Assembly (NCBI GenBank): GCA_964412895.1
Contig: CAYPQK010000007.1
Span: 1-51,353 of the forward strand
Source: an uncultured Spirochaetales bacterium
GTDB lineage: Bacteria; UBP6; UBA1177; JAKLFG01
Direction of reading: 5' to 3'
Length of the DNA: 51,353 bases
The notes under the pieces were generated by a model. It did not search any database. It worked only from the letters and a program-made list of their open reading frames with translations, and was not told the DNA's origin. The position numbers and the translations under genes were made by a program. Positions 33,136-42,932 of the stretch are shown one piece after another. Position 1 is the stretch's first letter, and every line of letters starts with the position of its first letter.

Positions 33136-33851
33136 CCGATCCCCGTCAGCGCATCAACGAATTCCTCAAGTGGCAGAATACTACCAGTCCTTTTTTCCTG
33201 CCTAAAGAATTGCTCGTGAAACGGTCAGCGTCCGCCGTCGCTCCCGCCCTTACCGCCGCCGCGATACCGACACAGAGCGGCGACCCTGAGTCGGCGATGG
33301 CGCTCCTTGCCCGCGATACCGCCGGCTGCATGAAGTGCCGTCTGGGCGAAACGCGGACCAAGCTCGTCTTCGGCGTCGGCAATGTCCGGGCGCGCCTCAT
33401 GTTCATCGGTGAAGGACCGGGCGAGGACGAGGACCTGCAGGGGATACCGTTCGTGGGGCGGGCGGGACAACTCCTCACCAAGATCATCGAGAACGGACTC
33501 AAGATACCGCGCGACGCGGTCTATATCGCCAACATCGTCAAATGCCGTCCCCCGAAGAATCGCGCTCCGTTCAAGGACGAGGCCGACGCCTGTATCGGCT
33601 ATCTGAGGAATCAGATCGCCGTCGTGAAACCCGAGGCGATCGTGCTCCTCGGCAAAACGGCGGTTCAGCATCTGCTCGGGCTCGACATCAAGATCGGCGA
33701 TGCACGGCAGCAGACCTTCGAGTTCGAGGGCACCCGCGTCTTCGTCACCTATCACCCCTCGGCGCTCCTGCGCAATCCCGACTACAAGCGGCCGACATGG
33801 GATGACATGAAAAAGGTGATGGCATTCCTCGGCCTGCCGGTCGAGGGCTAG
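33132..33851 (+). CDS. family 4 uracil-DNA glycosylase (Fe-S)
   Basis: C-x2-C (CMKCRL), GEGPGEDEDLQGIPFVGRAGQLL and HPSALLRNP. A GTG start overlaps the upstream stop (GTGA). An internal ATG (..ESAMALL..) is an alternative start. Confidence 0.8.
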   Translation: MTDPRQRINEFLKWQNTTSPFFLPKELLVKRSASAVAPALTAAAIPTQSGDPESAMALLARDTAGCMKCRLGETRTKLVFGVGNVRARLMFIGEGPGEDEDLQGIPFVGRAGQLLTKIIENGLKIPRDAVYIANIVKCRPPKNRAPFKDEADACIGYLRNQIAVVKPEAIVLLGKTAVQHLLGLDIKIGDARQQTFEFEGTRVFVTYHPSALLRNPDYKRPTWDDMKKVMAFLGLPVEG

Positions 33852-35206
33852 GATACTATCTTTACTTTCAGCCATTCATCGCGCCGGAAGAGCGCAAGAA
33901 AAAAGACGGCGTTGAGCGCCATGGTCAGCGCTATGGTCGCCCAGATGCCGGCGGCACCGAAGCCGCAGCTCACCGCAAGTAGCCACGCGAGCGGTATCCG
34001 CGCCAGCGTCACCGGAAGACTCACCGTGAAACTCGGCCGCGTATAGCCGGCACCCATGAAGGCGCCGTCCTCGATGATTATCAGCATCGACTGAAGCACC
34101 TCGGCCGGCATCACGATCCAGAGATACGCGACTCCGTTGCTCACCAGCCCCGGATCGTCGTTGAACAGGGCGACCAGCCACGGCGCGCAGAACATCGTGA
34201 CGACGGTGTAGCAGACCGTCATGAGCGACACCACCCTCAACGCGTACCGGGTCCCCTCAAGAACGCGGTCGGGGCGACCCGCGCCGAGATTCTGTCCGAC
34301 AAAACTGGAAAGCCCCGTCGCGAATCCGAAGGCGAAGAAATAGGCGATCGATTCGACCCGATGACCGATCCCCATCGCCCCGATCGCCGTATCGCCGAAA
34401 CGGGCCGTCACATTGGCAAGAAAGAAATAGATGAAGGAGAACATCATCGAGGTCAACGCGATGGGATAGCCGAGCGTGATATACCGCCGCAGGGGAATGA
34501 GCCCATCGATCCCGATGCCGGAGAAGGACACCCAGCCGCGCCGGCGCATCAACCACCAGAACCACACGCAGGCGACCAGATACGAGATGATCGTGGCGTA
34601 GGCGGCGCCGCGCGTCTCAAGCCGCGGAAAGGGTCCCCAGCCGAACATCAGCACCGGCGAGAGCACGATGTTGAGCACGAAGGTGACCGCGTAGACGCGC
34701 ACCGGCATGACGGTATCGCCGCGCGCTATCATAATGGAGTGCAGTGAGAACATAAGGAAGATGATGACGGTGAATATCGTCATCACTTCAAGATACTGGA
34801 TACCCGCCTGCGTGGCGACCGGCGACATGCCGACATAGGCAATGAGGCTCGGAACGAGCGGGTATATCAGCGCCGTCAGTATGGCTCCGGTCGCGATGGT
34901 ATAGACCAGCGCCCGGCCGGCGTTCGCCGCCGCCCGGTCGTCGCGGCCCTCGCCCGCGTTGCGCGAAACGCCCGCCGATATGCCGGTGGTGATGAGATGC
35001 GACAGGCCATGGATCGCCCAGACCAGAAAGACCGATCCCGATACCCCGGCCAGCGGTTCGGCGCCGAGACGCCCGATCCAGAACATATCGACGATATTGT
35101 ATCCGGCCTTGAGAAGATTGAGAACGACCACCGGCAGTGCGAGGGCGAGAAGCGTCTGACGGATCGGCCCGCCGGTGATGTCGAGCCGTGCCGCTGTGGT
35201 CGCCAT
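33848..35206 (-). CDS. MATE-family efflux transporter
   Basis: 12-TM profile with a typical N-terminus (GPIRQTLLALALPVVVLNLLKAGYNIVDMFWIGRLG). Its 3' end overlaps the UDG 3' end by 4 nt; the two genes are convergent. Confidence 0.8.
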   Translation of the reverse strand: MATTAARLDITGGPIRQTLLALALPVVVLNLLKAGYNIVDMFWIGRLGAEPLAGVSGSVFLVWAIHGLSHLITTGISAGVSRNAGEGRDDRAAANAGRALVYTIATGAILTALIYPLVPSLIAYVGMSPVATQAGIQYLEVMTIFTVIIFLMFSLHSIMIARGDTVMPVRVYAVTFVLNIVLSPVLMFGWGPFPRLETRGAAYATIISYLVACVWFWWLMRRRGWVSFSGIGIDGLIPLRRYITLGYPIALTSMMFSFIYFFLANVTARFGDTAIGAMGIGHRVESIAYFFAFGFATGLSSFVGQNLGAGRPDRVLEGTRYALRVVSLMTVCYTVVTMFCAPWLVALFNDDPGLVSNGVAYLWIVMPAEVLQSMLIIIEDGAFMGAGYTRPSFTVSLPVTLARIPLAWLLAVSCGFGAAGIWATIALTMALNAVFFLALFRRDEWLKVKIVS

Positions 35207-35379
35207 GAGTGCTCACTCCGGTGATAGGTTGCGGCATCCTAACCGAAAAGCGAACAATTTCAAGAATAATGGCCTGTTTTTTGGTTTGCCATATAGATTT
35301 TTGTGGAAATCGGCACGCTTCGTGTATACTCTTCCCGCGTTGGCAGGCAAGCTATGCTTTCTATATACGGAGAACGATC

Positions 35380-36864
35380 ATGAAGAGAACCGGATTCCTC
35401 TGCGCGGTACTCGCCGCGGCGCTGCTCTTCGCGCCGCCCCTTGACGCGGCCAAAAAAAAGGGAAAGGGAAAGGCGGCCAAGCCGGCACCCGCCGCATCGA
35501 GCGGTCCGAAGAAATGCGCCCAGCTCGACGAAGAGTTCAAGCGGAAAGTGAGCGACCTCAGAGAAAAATGGAAAATGAACGACGAAGGACCGGAGCGAGC
35601 GCTCGACGCGACCGAGCGGACGCTGACCGACATGGACAAGAACGGCGGCGCCAAACTGCGTAAGTACGCCGACGAACTGGATGCGCAGAAAAAACAGGAC
35701 ATCGAGGCGGCCAAAAAGGAATATGAAAAGGCGCTGGCGCAGTTCGGGAAAAAGGACGACGGCGCCAAGCGGACCTTCGAGATGGAGGCCGACCGCTACC
35801 GCCGCAAGATCGCCGATCTTGAACGGCAAAAGACCGACACTCAAAAAGAGGCTCAGCGGCTCGAAGAGGTCCGCGGCAAGCTGGAGCACGAACGGTCGAT
35901 GGAGGACCAGCGGCTCCTGTCTGAGTTCGAAAAAGTGAAGATGGCGGCCGAGGACGAGAATCGGAAATACCGCAAGCAGATCGAGGACGAATATCAGAAA
36001 AAGTTCGACGAACTCAACGCGAAGCTCGGCGAGTGGGATGTCAAAGAGGCCGAAAAGAAAAAAGAGACCGAAGGCTTCGACCGCCAGATAGAGGAGTTCG
36101 CGATGCAGACGGCGCAGAAGCTCGATGTCTTCCAGCAGGACATCGAGAAACGGCGCGCCGAGGCGGAGGCGAAGTTCAAGGAGGCCGAGCTCGAGAACGC
36201 CCACATGGCGCTCGACATGGAACTGGCCAAGGAATCGCAGAAGCTCAATGCCGAAGTGGAGAAATACCGCAAGGAACGGCTGGAGAAGAAAAAGGAAAAA
36301 GAACTGCAGGTGAAGGAATTCCTCGCGACCAAAGAGGAGTTCCGGAAGCGCAACGATCGCCTCATTCAGCTCGCCCAGCAGTACCGCGACAGTCAACTCG
36401 ACAAGAAAAAGGCCGAGGAGGCAAAGGCGCAGGAGCGCTGGAACGCCGACAAGAAACGGCGCGACGAACAGTACGAACGGCGCGTGCAGATGGAATACCG
36501 CAGCAAGATGGACGCGCTCATCAAGAAACAGGACAAGATCGCCCTTGACATCGAGAACGAACGGAACGCTTTGGTGAATCGCGAAGGGAACTTCAAACTG
36601 CAGACCGAGACCAAGGAAGCGGCCATCGACAGCGAGAAGGCGCGCATCGAGGAACGCTACAAGAAGACGATCGCCAAGATAAACGACAAGTACGACCGGA
36701 TGGAGGTCGAAGAGAAAATGACGCAGGAAGTGGTGCGCGACGAACTCGACAAGAAGCGCGAATCGCTCATCGCCACCCGCGAGAAGAACAAGGCCGACCG
36801 GCAGGAGCTTCTGTACAAGATGAAGGACGACTACGAAGCGCAGAAGGGTTCCTGTGTCAAATAA
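35380..36864 (+). CDS. secreted, extremely K/E/R-rich predicted coiled-coil protein (unknown function)
   Basis: ATG 35380 gives signal peptide MKRTGFLCAVLAAALLFAPPLDA|AKKKGKGK. About 470 aa of charged heptad-like low-complexity sequence follow. The upstream part of track ORF 35209 is read-through of the intergenic region. Confidence 0.6.
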   Translation: MKRTGFLCAVLAAALLFAPPLDAAKKKGKGKAAKPAPAASSGPKKCAQLDEEFKRKVSDLREKWKMNDEGPERALDATERTLTDMDKNGGAKLRKYADELDAQKKQDIEAAKKEYEKALAQFGKKDDGAKRTFEMEADRYRRKIADLERQKTDTQKEAQRLEEVRGKLEHERSMEDQRLLSEFEKVKMAAEDENRKYRKQIEDEYQKKFDELNAKLGEWDVKEAEKKKETEGFDRQIEEFAMQTAQKLDVFQQDIEKRRAEAEAKFKEAELENAHMALDMELAKESQKLNAEVEKYRKERLEKKKEKELQVKEFLATKEEFRKRNDRLIQLAQQYRDSQLDKKKAEEAKAQERWNADKKRRDEQYERRVQMEYRSKMDALIKKQDKIALDIENERNALVNREGNFKLQTETKEAAIDSEKARIEERYKKTIAKINDKYDRMEVEEKMTQEVVRDELDKKRESLIATREKNKADRQELLYKMKDDYEAQKGSCVK

Positions 36865-37672
36865 TATCGACACTCCTGTCTACTTTCCCGGTGACACCTA
36901 CCGGACGCCCGATCCGGTCGTGCGCCCCTTTCTCGACAAACTGCTCCTCGGGAGCCGCTGGTACTTCTATCTCTCCCTGATCGACATCCAGCGCCGCCAC
37001 GCCCCGATAGCCCGAGCCGGGAAATACAACCGCACCTTGTGGGCCGCCGGCAGCATGGAGGCATTCCACCGCGCAGAATCGGTCGGCTGCCGCTTCCGCA
37101 TGAGCGGCATCGACAACATCCGGCATAACCCGGAAGAACCGCTGGTCATCGTGAGCAATCACATGTCGACGCTCGAAACGATCATCTTCCCCGGCATTTT
37201 CGCCGCATTGCGCCCTATTACCTTTATTATAAAGGAGAGCATCGTACGCAATCCCCTCTTTCGGGACATCATGAAGGCGACCGACCCGATCGTCGTATCG
37301 CGGCAGAATCCGCGCGAAGACCTGAAAAAGGTGATGACCGAAGGAACGCGACATCTGTTGACCGGCACCTCGGTCATCGTCTTCCCGCAGTCGACCCGCA
37401 CCGACGGGTTCGACCCGGCCCAGTTCAACTCGATGGGGGTGAAACTGGCGAAAACGGCCGGTGTACGGATGCTGCCGGTGGCGATAAAGACCGATTTCTG
37501 GGGCAACGGCAGTATCAAGATGTTCAAGGAGTTCGGTCCGCTCCACCGCGACCGGACCGTCCACCTCGAATTCGGCGCCCCGCTGACGATAACGGGTACC
37601 GGCGCCGAGGAACATCACGCCACCATCGAGTTCATCCGGACACGACTGGAACGCTGGCAAAGCGAAAAATAA
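36854..37672 (+). CDS. plsC: 1-acyl-sn-glycerol-3-phosphate (lysophospholipid) acyltransferase family protein
   Basis: Acyltransferase block I NHMSTLE (an HX4D-like variant) and block III FPQSTRT. GTG start with AAGGG RBS. Overlaps the upstream gene by 11 nt. Confidence 0.65.
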   Translation: MSNNIDTPVYFPGDTYRTPDPVVRPFLDKLLLGSRWYFYLSLIDIQRRHAPIARAGKYNRTLWAAGSMEAFHRAESVGCRFRMSGIDNIRHNPEEPLVIVSNHMSTLETIIFPGIFAALRPITFIIKESIVRNPLFRDIMKATDPIVVSRQNPREDLKKVMTEGTRHLLTGTSVIVFPQSTRTDGFDPAQFNSMGVKLAKTAGVRMLPVAIKTDFWGNGSIKMFKEFGPLHRDRTVHLEFGAPLTITGTGAEEHHATIEFIRTRLERWQSEK

Positions 37673-37673
37673 G

Positions 37674-37701
37674 TTGACATTTCGCCGCTTCTCATTATAT
37701 T
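37674..37701 (+). promoter_or_regulatory. sigma70-like promoter for rpsO-pnp-dut (TTGACA-N16-TATATT)
   Basis: TTGACA at 37674-37679 and TATATT at 37696-37701. It lies directly after the plsC stop and about 55 nt before the rpsO ATG. Confidence 0.5.
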
Positions 37702-37755
37702 ACACCGCGTAGTTTGTTGTATTGATTGAACTTTAGTTTCCAACGGAGGAAACGG

Positions 37756-38022
37756 ATGCTGGAGAAAGCAGCCAAACAGAATGTCATCGCCAAGTTCAAA
37801 GTGCATGACAAGGACTCCGGATCGCCGGAGGTACAGATCGCCATCCTGACGACCCGCATCAACCAGCTCACCGAGCATTTCAAGGTCCACAAAAAGGACA
37901 ACCACGGGCGTCTCGGTCTGCTCAAGATGGTCGGCAAGCGCATGAAACTCCTCAGATATCTGAAGGATAACAATTTCGCCCGCTACGCCGATCTGATTAA
38001 AGAACTCGGTCTGAGAAAGTAG
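37756..38022 (+). CDS. rpsO: 30S ribosomal protein S15
   Basis: [78 protein letters not shown] present. The ORF-track start at 37726 is too far upstream. Confidence 0.95.
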   Translation: MLEKAAKQNVIAKFKVHDKDSGSPEVQIAILTTRINQLTEHFKVHKKDNHGRLGLLKMVGKRMKLLRYLKDNNFARYADLIKELGLRK

Positions 38023-38077
38023 CGTATACCATTGTGTCTCACGCACTATCCTGAACCGCACCCACAAAGAGGTACTT

Positions 38078-40306
38078 ATGAAAACCCATCAAATGGAATC
38101 TATCGTATTTGAAGGAACTCCCCTTTCCTTAGAGACAGGGAAATATGCCAAACAGTCCGACGGCGCGATCTGGTGCCGTTACGGCAATTCGGTCCTCCTC
38201 GCCACCGTCGTCGCCTCCAAAGGCGATGTCCCGGCCGAACAGGACTTCTTCCCACTGACCGTCGATTACATTGAGAAATTTTACGCGGCCGGCCGCTTTC
38301 CCGGCGGTTTCCTGAAGCGCGAATCGATGCCGAACACCGACGAGAAGCTCGCGGCCCGCATCATCGACCGCCCCATCCGCCCGCTCTTCCCCGACTGGTA
38401 CCGTAGCGAAACGCAGATACTGGTGAACCTCCTGTCGCACGACGAGAACTGCGACCCGCGCGTCATCGCCATCACCGCCTCGTCAGCGGCGCTCATGATC
38501 TCCGAGGTCCCCTTCCTCGGCCCCATCGGCGCGGTGCGCATCGTCCTCAAGGACGGTGAATATATCATCAATCCGAACGCGGCCGCTCAAGAGAACGCCC
38601 GACTCAATATCGTCATGGCGGCCAACCGCGACTCCATCCTCATGGTCGAAGGGTCGGCCAACGAGGCGGCCGAAGAGGAGATCTCCGAAGCGCTCGCCCG
38701 CGGCCACAAGGCGATCGCGCCGCTTATCGACATGCAGGAAGCGCTCATGGCGAAGATCGCGCCGGCAAAACGGCAGGATCCCAAGAACCCGACCGACGCG
38801 GCGCTGAAGAATTTCATAGAACTGTTCGTCGCCGACAAACTCAAGGAGGCGCTCGGCATCCGCGAGAAACTGGCGCGCTACGAAGCGATAAAAGAGGTCA
38901 AGAAGGCGGTCGACGAACGGGTCACCGAATCGCTGGCGAGCGGCGCCCAGTTCCTCAACGCCGACGAACCGAAGGTGGTACACAACCGCGCCCACGGCAT
39001 TTTTGAGGACATCCTCAAGACCACCCTCCGCCGCATGATCACCGAGGACGAGGTCCGCATCGACGGCCGCGGCACGAAGAACATCCGCCCGATATGGGCC
39101 GAGGTCAGCGTGCTTCCGCAGGTCCACGGTTCGGCGATATTCACCCGCGGCGAGACCCAGTCGCTCGGCACCATCACCCTCGGGGTCGGTTCCGATGAAC
39201 AGCGGGTTGACACGGTGCTCGAAGAGACGCGCAAAAATTTCATGCTTCACTATAACTTCCCGCCGTTCTCGGTGGGCGAGGTCGGCCGCCTCAAGGCGCC
39301 GGGCCGCCGCGAGATCGGACACGGCAACCTCGCCGAGCGGGCGCTCCGGGCGCTCATGCCGACCAAAGAGGAATTCCCCTATACCGTCCGCGTCGTTTCC
39401 GAGATACTTGAATCGAACGGCTCCAGCTCGATGGCCAGCGTCTGTTCCGGCTGTCTGTCGCTGATGGATGCGGGCGTACCTTTTAAGAAGCATGTCGCCG
39501 GTATCGCGATGGGCCTCATCAAAGAGGGCAACGAATACGCGATCCTTTCCGACATCATGGGCGACGAGGATCACCTCGGCGATATGGATTTCAAGGTGGC
39601 CGGCACCAAGGACGGCATCACCGCGATACAGATGGACATCAAGATCGACGGCCTCCCGCAGGAAGTGATGCGCCGGGCCCTTGCGCAGGCGCGCGAAGGA
39701 CGGCTCCATATCATCGGCGAGATGGAAAAGGCTATGCCGGCCCACCGGCCGGAACTTTCCCCGCTCGCGCCGAAACTGGTCACCCTCCAGATCAACCCCG
39801 AAAAGATCCGCGACCTCATCGGGACCGGCGGCAAGAACATCAAGTCGATCGTCGAGAAGACCGGCGCCGATATCGAGGTCCAGCAGGACGGCAAGGTCAT
39901 CATCGCGGCCAAGGACTCCACCGTGCTCGAAGCGGCCATCGCGATGGTCAAATCGTTCACCGATGAAGCGGAACGCGGCAGAATATACGACGGCGTCATC
40001 ACCCGTATCGAAGATTACGGCGCGTTCGTCGAGGTCCTTCCGGGCATGACCGGACTGCTCCATGTCAGCCGTATCGACGACAAGCGGATCGAGAATGTCA
40101 GCGATGTGCTTAAACTCGGTCAACAGGTACGGGTCGTCTGCGTCGAACTCGAAGCGGGCGGCAAGTTCCGTCTTTCCATGAAGCCCTCCGACCTTGCGCG
40201 CGATTTCTCGACCGAAGAAGCGGAACCGCCCCGCGAGCGCAAGCCTCACGGCGACCGGGACCGCGACCGCAAACCGCATGGCGGCCGTGATCGCGATCGC
40301 CGCTGA
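38078..40306 (+). CDS. pnp: polyribonucleotide nucleotidyltransferase (PNPase)
   Basis: Two RNase PH domains, KH and S1 domains ([20 protein letters not shown]), and a basic R/D-rich tail. Conserved rpsO-pnp synteny. Confidence 0.95.
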   Translation: MKTHQMESIVFEGTPLSLETGKYAKQSDGAIWCRYGNSVLLATVVASKGDVPAEQDFFPLTVDYIEKFYAAGRFPGGFLKRESMPNTDEKLAARIIDRPIRPLFPDWYRSETQILVNLLSHDENCDPRVIAITASSAALMISEVPFLGPIGAVRIVLKDGEYIINPNAAAQENARLNIVMAANRDSILMVEGSANEAAEEEISEALARGHKAIAPLIDMQEALMAKIAPAKRQDPKNPTDAALKNFIELFVADKLKEALGIREKLARYEAIKEVKKAVDERVTESLASGAQFLNADEPKVVHNRAHGIFEDILKTTLRRMITEDEVRIDGRGTKNIRPIWAEVSVLPQVHGSAIFTRGETQSLGTITLGVGSDEQRVDTVLEETRKNFMLHYNFPPFSVGEVGRLKAPGRREIGHGNLAERALRALMPTKEEFPYTVRVVSEILESNGSSSMASVCSGCLSLMDAGVPFKKHVAGIAMGLIKEGNEYAILSDIMGDEDHLGDMDFKVAGTKDGITAIQMDIKIDGLPQEVMRRALAQAREGRLHIIGEMEKAMPAHRPELSPLAPKLVTLQINPEKIRDLIGTGGKNIKSIVEKTGADIEVQQDGKVIIAAKDSTVLEAAIAMVKSFTDEAERGRIYDGVITRIEDYGAFVEVLPGMTGLLHVSRIDDKRIENVSDVLKLGQQVRVVCVELEAGGKFRLSMKPSDLARDFSTEEAEPPRERKPHGDRDRDRKPHGGRDRDRR

Positions 40307-40313
40307 TCGAACG

Positions 40314-40751
40314 ATGGCGGACGGCGTCACCGTCAGGATAACCGCCGCTCCCGGCATCACCCTCCCCACCTATCAGACCATCGGTTCCTCCGGCGCCGAT
40401 GTACGCGCCGCCACCGACCAGACCATCCCGGCTCACGGCTGGGGTGCCGTCCCGACGGGGCTCTTCTGCGAGATACCGCCGGGGTGGGAACTGCAGGTCC
40501 GTTCACGCAGCGGACTGGCGTTGAAAGAAGGAGTATTCGTCCTCAACTCGCCCGGCACCGTCGACAGCGACTACCGCGGCGAGATAAAGATAATCCTCGC
40601 CAATCTTTCCGATAAAGACTTTTCCATTAAGGCGGGCGACCGGATCGCCCAGCTCGTCCTCGCGAAGGTCGAGACGGCGCAGTTCACCGCCGCCGAAACG
40701 CTCTCCGGCACCGACCGCGGCGCGGGCGGCTTCGGCCACACGGGAAAATAA
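40314..40751 (+). CDS. dut: dUTP diphosphatase
   Basis: MADGVTVRI... with dUTPase motifs SSGADVRA, RSRSGLALK, GTVDSDYRGEI and TDRGAGGFGHTG. Starts 7 nt after the pnp stop. The track start at 40194 overlaps pnp and is spurious. Confidence 0.9.
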   Translation: MADGVTVRITAAPGITLPTYQTIGSSGADVRAATDQTIPAHGWGAVPTGLFCEIPPGWELQVRSRSGLALKEGVFVLNSPGTVDSDYRGEIKIILANLSDKDFSIKAGDRIAQLVLAKVETAQFTAAETLSGTDRGAGGFGHTGK

Positions 40752-40757
40752 GCTCCC

Positions 40758-42932
40758 CTATTTCTGTGATACCGGTTTTGCTTTTACGGGAAGGGTGAAC
40801 TCGAAGCGGTCCTCCAGTTCACCTTCGTACAGGAAGCGGTAGCTTGCATAGTTCGCGAGCACCTTCTTGACATAGTTGCGCGTCTGGAAGATCGGCATAT
40901 TTTCGATGAGTTCGTCGAGCTCCATCCCCTCCATCCGCTTGAGCCAGCGATCGACCTTGCCGGGACCGGCGTTGTAGGCCGCCGCGGCGAGCGCCATACT
41001 CCCCTGATACCGTTTCAGCAGATTGCCGAGGAACTTCACGCCGAAACGGGCGTTGGTGAAGGGCTTTTTCAGCAGGTCCACCGTCACCTTGCCGCCGTAA
41101 TCCTCATCTTTCGCAAGGAGTTGCGCGGTACCGGGGAGAAGCTGGAGGATGCCGATGGCGTTTGAAGGCGACACCGCCTTGGCCTCGAACATGCTCTCCT
41201 GCCGCGCGATGGAGAAGACGAAGAGCGACGAGACGCCGTAGAGCGCCGCGTGCGGCACGATCTCCTCCTCGTAACCCACCGGATACTGCATCCGGGCGAT
41301 CTCACCCGAGAAACCGGTGGTGGTCGGCAGAGACCGTATGAAGGTCCCGGCGAGTCCGTAACTGCCCACCTCGCGCGCAAGGAACGCGGCGAAGAGACGG
41401 TCTTCGGTCATGCCCGATCCGATCACCGTGTCGCGTATCATCCACAGCAGCGACGCCGCCTTGTCGGCGCGGCCGTTCAGCCACAGCGCGGCGACCCACT
41501 GCAGTTCGGGCTGGAACCGGTGTTCGGGGTTGATGAGCGGGGCGGAGGCGGGCCTATCGGGCATCTCGATGCCGATATTCTTGGCGCGCAGGCGCGAGGC
41601 GGCGAGCATTCCGTAGTAAGAAAGCGGCTGTTCAAGCGCTATATCGCGGAAGGCGGCGACCGCGGCGGCGTCGCGCCCCTGCTTCTCGTCGATGCGGGCG
41701 GTCCAGTAGCGGGCCCGCAGACCGTCGTAGCTGTTGCGCAGGGAAGCCTGCGTAATGTTCTGCAGTATCGCGAAGGCATCATCGTAGCGCTTCTGCAGGT
41801 AACGGATCCAGAAAACGAGGAACTCAGCCACTTCGCGGTGTTCGGTCTCCGGATGCTCCGTGAGCAGACGCAGATAGAGCTCTTCGGCGCGCGGCCAGTT
41901 CTCGGTCAGCCGCTCCATGTCGGCGGCATAGTAGAGAAAATCGGCCGCCTTCTCGGCGGTCGCCAGCCGTTCATATCCCTTGAGATAGTAATCTATCGAT
42001 TCGGGGTTCTTGCCGAGCGCCGCGTAGGAGTAGCCGCCCCAGCGGTAGAGGTCGCGCAGGTCCTCTTCCGTGAACTCGAAGCGGTCGAGGTAGCCTTCGA
42101 GGTTCTTATATATCTCTATCGCGTTCTGGTGTTCGCGCTGACGGGTGTTGGCCATCGCCCGCAGGAGACCGGCGCGCCAGTCGGTGATGTCCTTCGCGGC
42201 GTCGCTTTTGGCGAACTTCTTGCCGATGCGCAGACAGCGGTCGTACCGGAAGGCGCGGTAGCTGGCGTACATCTGCCACAGCAGATAATCGCGGCGCTGG
42301 TCCTTCTTTCCGGCCCACACGGCGGTGAACAGGGCGTCTATCTCGTCCTCGAACTCCTCCGAAAGCTTCATGCCGAGACCTTTGAGGAAGGCGAAGGCCG
42401 CCTCGGGATCCTTGCGCATCAGTTCGCGCAGATAGATGCGGATCACCCCCTCGTCGGCGACCGGCCGGTATTCCTGCATGAATTCGGCCATCCGGCCGAG
42501 GTCGGCCAACCGCCGCAGGTAAAGCGGGTGAAGCCGCGAGAAGTAGGGTTCGCCGATATCGTTGATGAGGTCACGGATCATCCCGGGATCGAGTTTCCGC
42601 CACCGGTCGGCGACAAAGAGATACACCGCGACGGCGCGCGACGCGGCCCCCGCCGGACTCACCAATATGCGCGGCGTGAACTCAGGATCGCCGCTGCGGG
42701 TCCCCGCCAGTTCGCCGTAGATGTCCTCGCTGGGCACCTGCGGGTCGAAGATCCGTTCCCCCGCGCCCATCAGGCAGGAAAGGGTGTCGCCGTCGCCGCA
42801 GAACAGCGACCGCTCCTCGGCGGTGAAGGCGCGGTACGGGGCGAAGGCGGCGGAGAACGACTGTTCCTGCGCGCCGACGCGCGAGAAATCAAGCTCCAGC
42901 GATACGATGAGGGCGAGGAGAAGAGCGCTCAT
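40758..42932 (-). CDS. slt: soluble lytic murein transglycosylase (Slt70-like: superhelical N-domain + SLT catalytic domain)
   Basis: Catalytic region SIARQESMFEAKAVSPSNAIGILQLLPGTA...AAAYNAGPGKV. Long TPR-like helical N-terminal part and a signal peptide. Confidence 0.8.
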   Translation of the reverse strand: MSALLLALIVSLELDFSRVGAQEQSFSAAFAPYRAFTAEERSLFCGDGDTLSCLMGAGERIFDPQVPSEDIYGELAGTRSGDPEFTPRILVSPAGAASRAVAVYLFVADRWRKLDPGMIRDLINDIGEPYFSRLHPLYLRRLADLGRMAEFMQEYRPVADEGVIRIYLRELMRKDPEAAFAFLKGLGMKLSEEFEDEIDALFTAVWAGKKDQRRDYLLWQMYASYRAFRYDRCLRIGKKFAKSDAAKDITDWRAGLLRAMANTRQREHQNAIEIYKNLEGYLDRFEFTEEDLRDLYRWGGYSYAALGKNPESIDYYLKGYERLATAEKAADFLYYAADMERLTENWPRAEELYLRLLTEHPETEHREVAEFLVFWIRYLQKRYDDAFAILQNITQASLRNSYDGLRARYWTARIDEKQGRDAAAVAAFRDIALEQPLSYYGMLAASRLRAKNIGIEMPDRPASAPLINPEHRFQPELQWVAALWLNGRADKAASLLWMIRDTVIGSGMTEDRLFAAFLAREVGSYGLAGTFIRSLPTTTGFSGEIARMQYPVGYEEEIVPHAALYGVSSLFVFSIARQESMFEAKAVSPSNAIGILQLLPGTAQLLAKDEDYGGKVTVDLLKKPFTNARFGVKFLGNLLKRYQGSMALAAAAYNAGPGKVDRWLKRMEGMELDELIENMPIFQTRNYVKKVLANYASYRFLYEGELEDRFEFTLPVKAKPVSQK

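Noticed and set aside
35260-36873. 537-aa antisense ORF covering the whole coiled-coil gene.
   Set aside because: GAA/AAG/GAG/CTC-rich sense codons read as TTC/CTT/CTC/GAG on the other strand and avoid stops. The product is a Leu/Phe/Val low-complexity string without start-site support.
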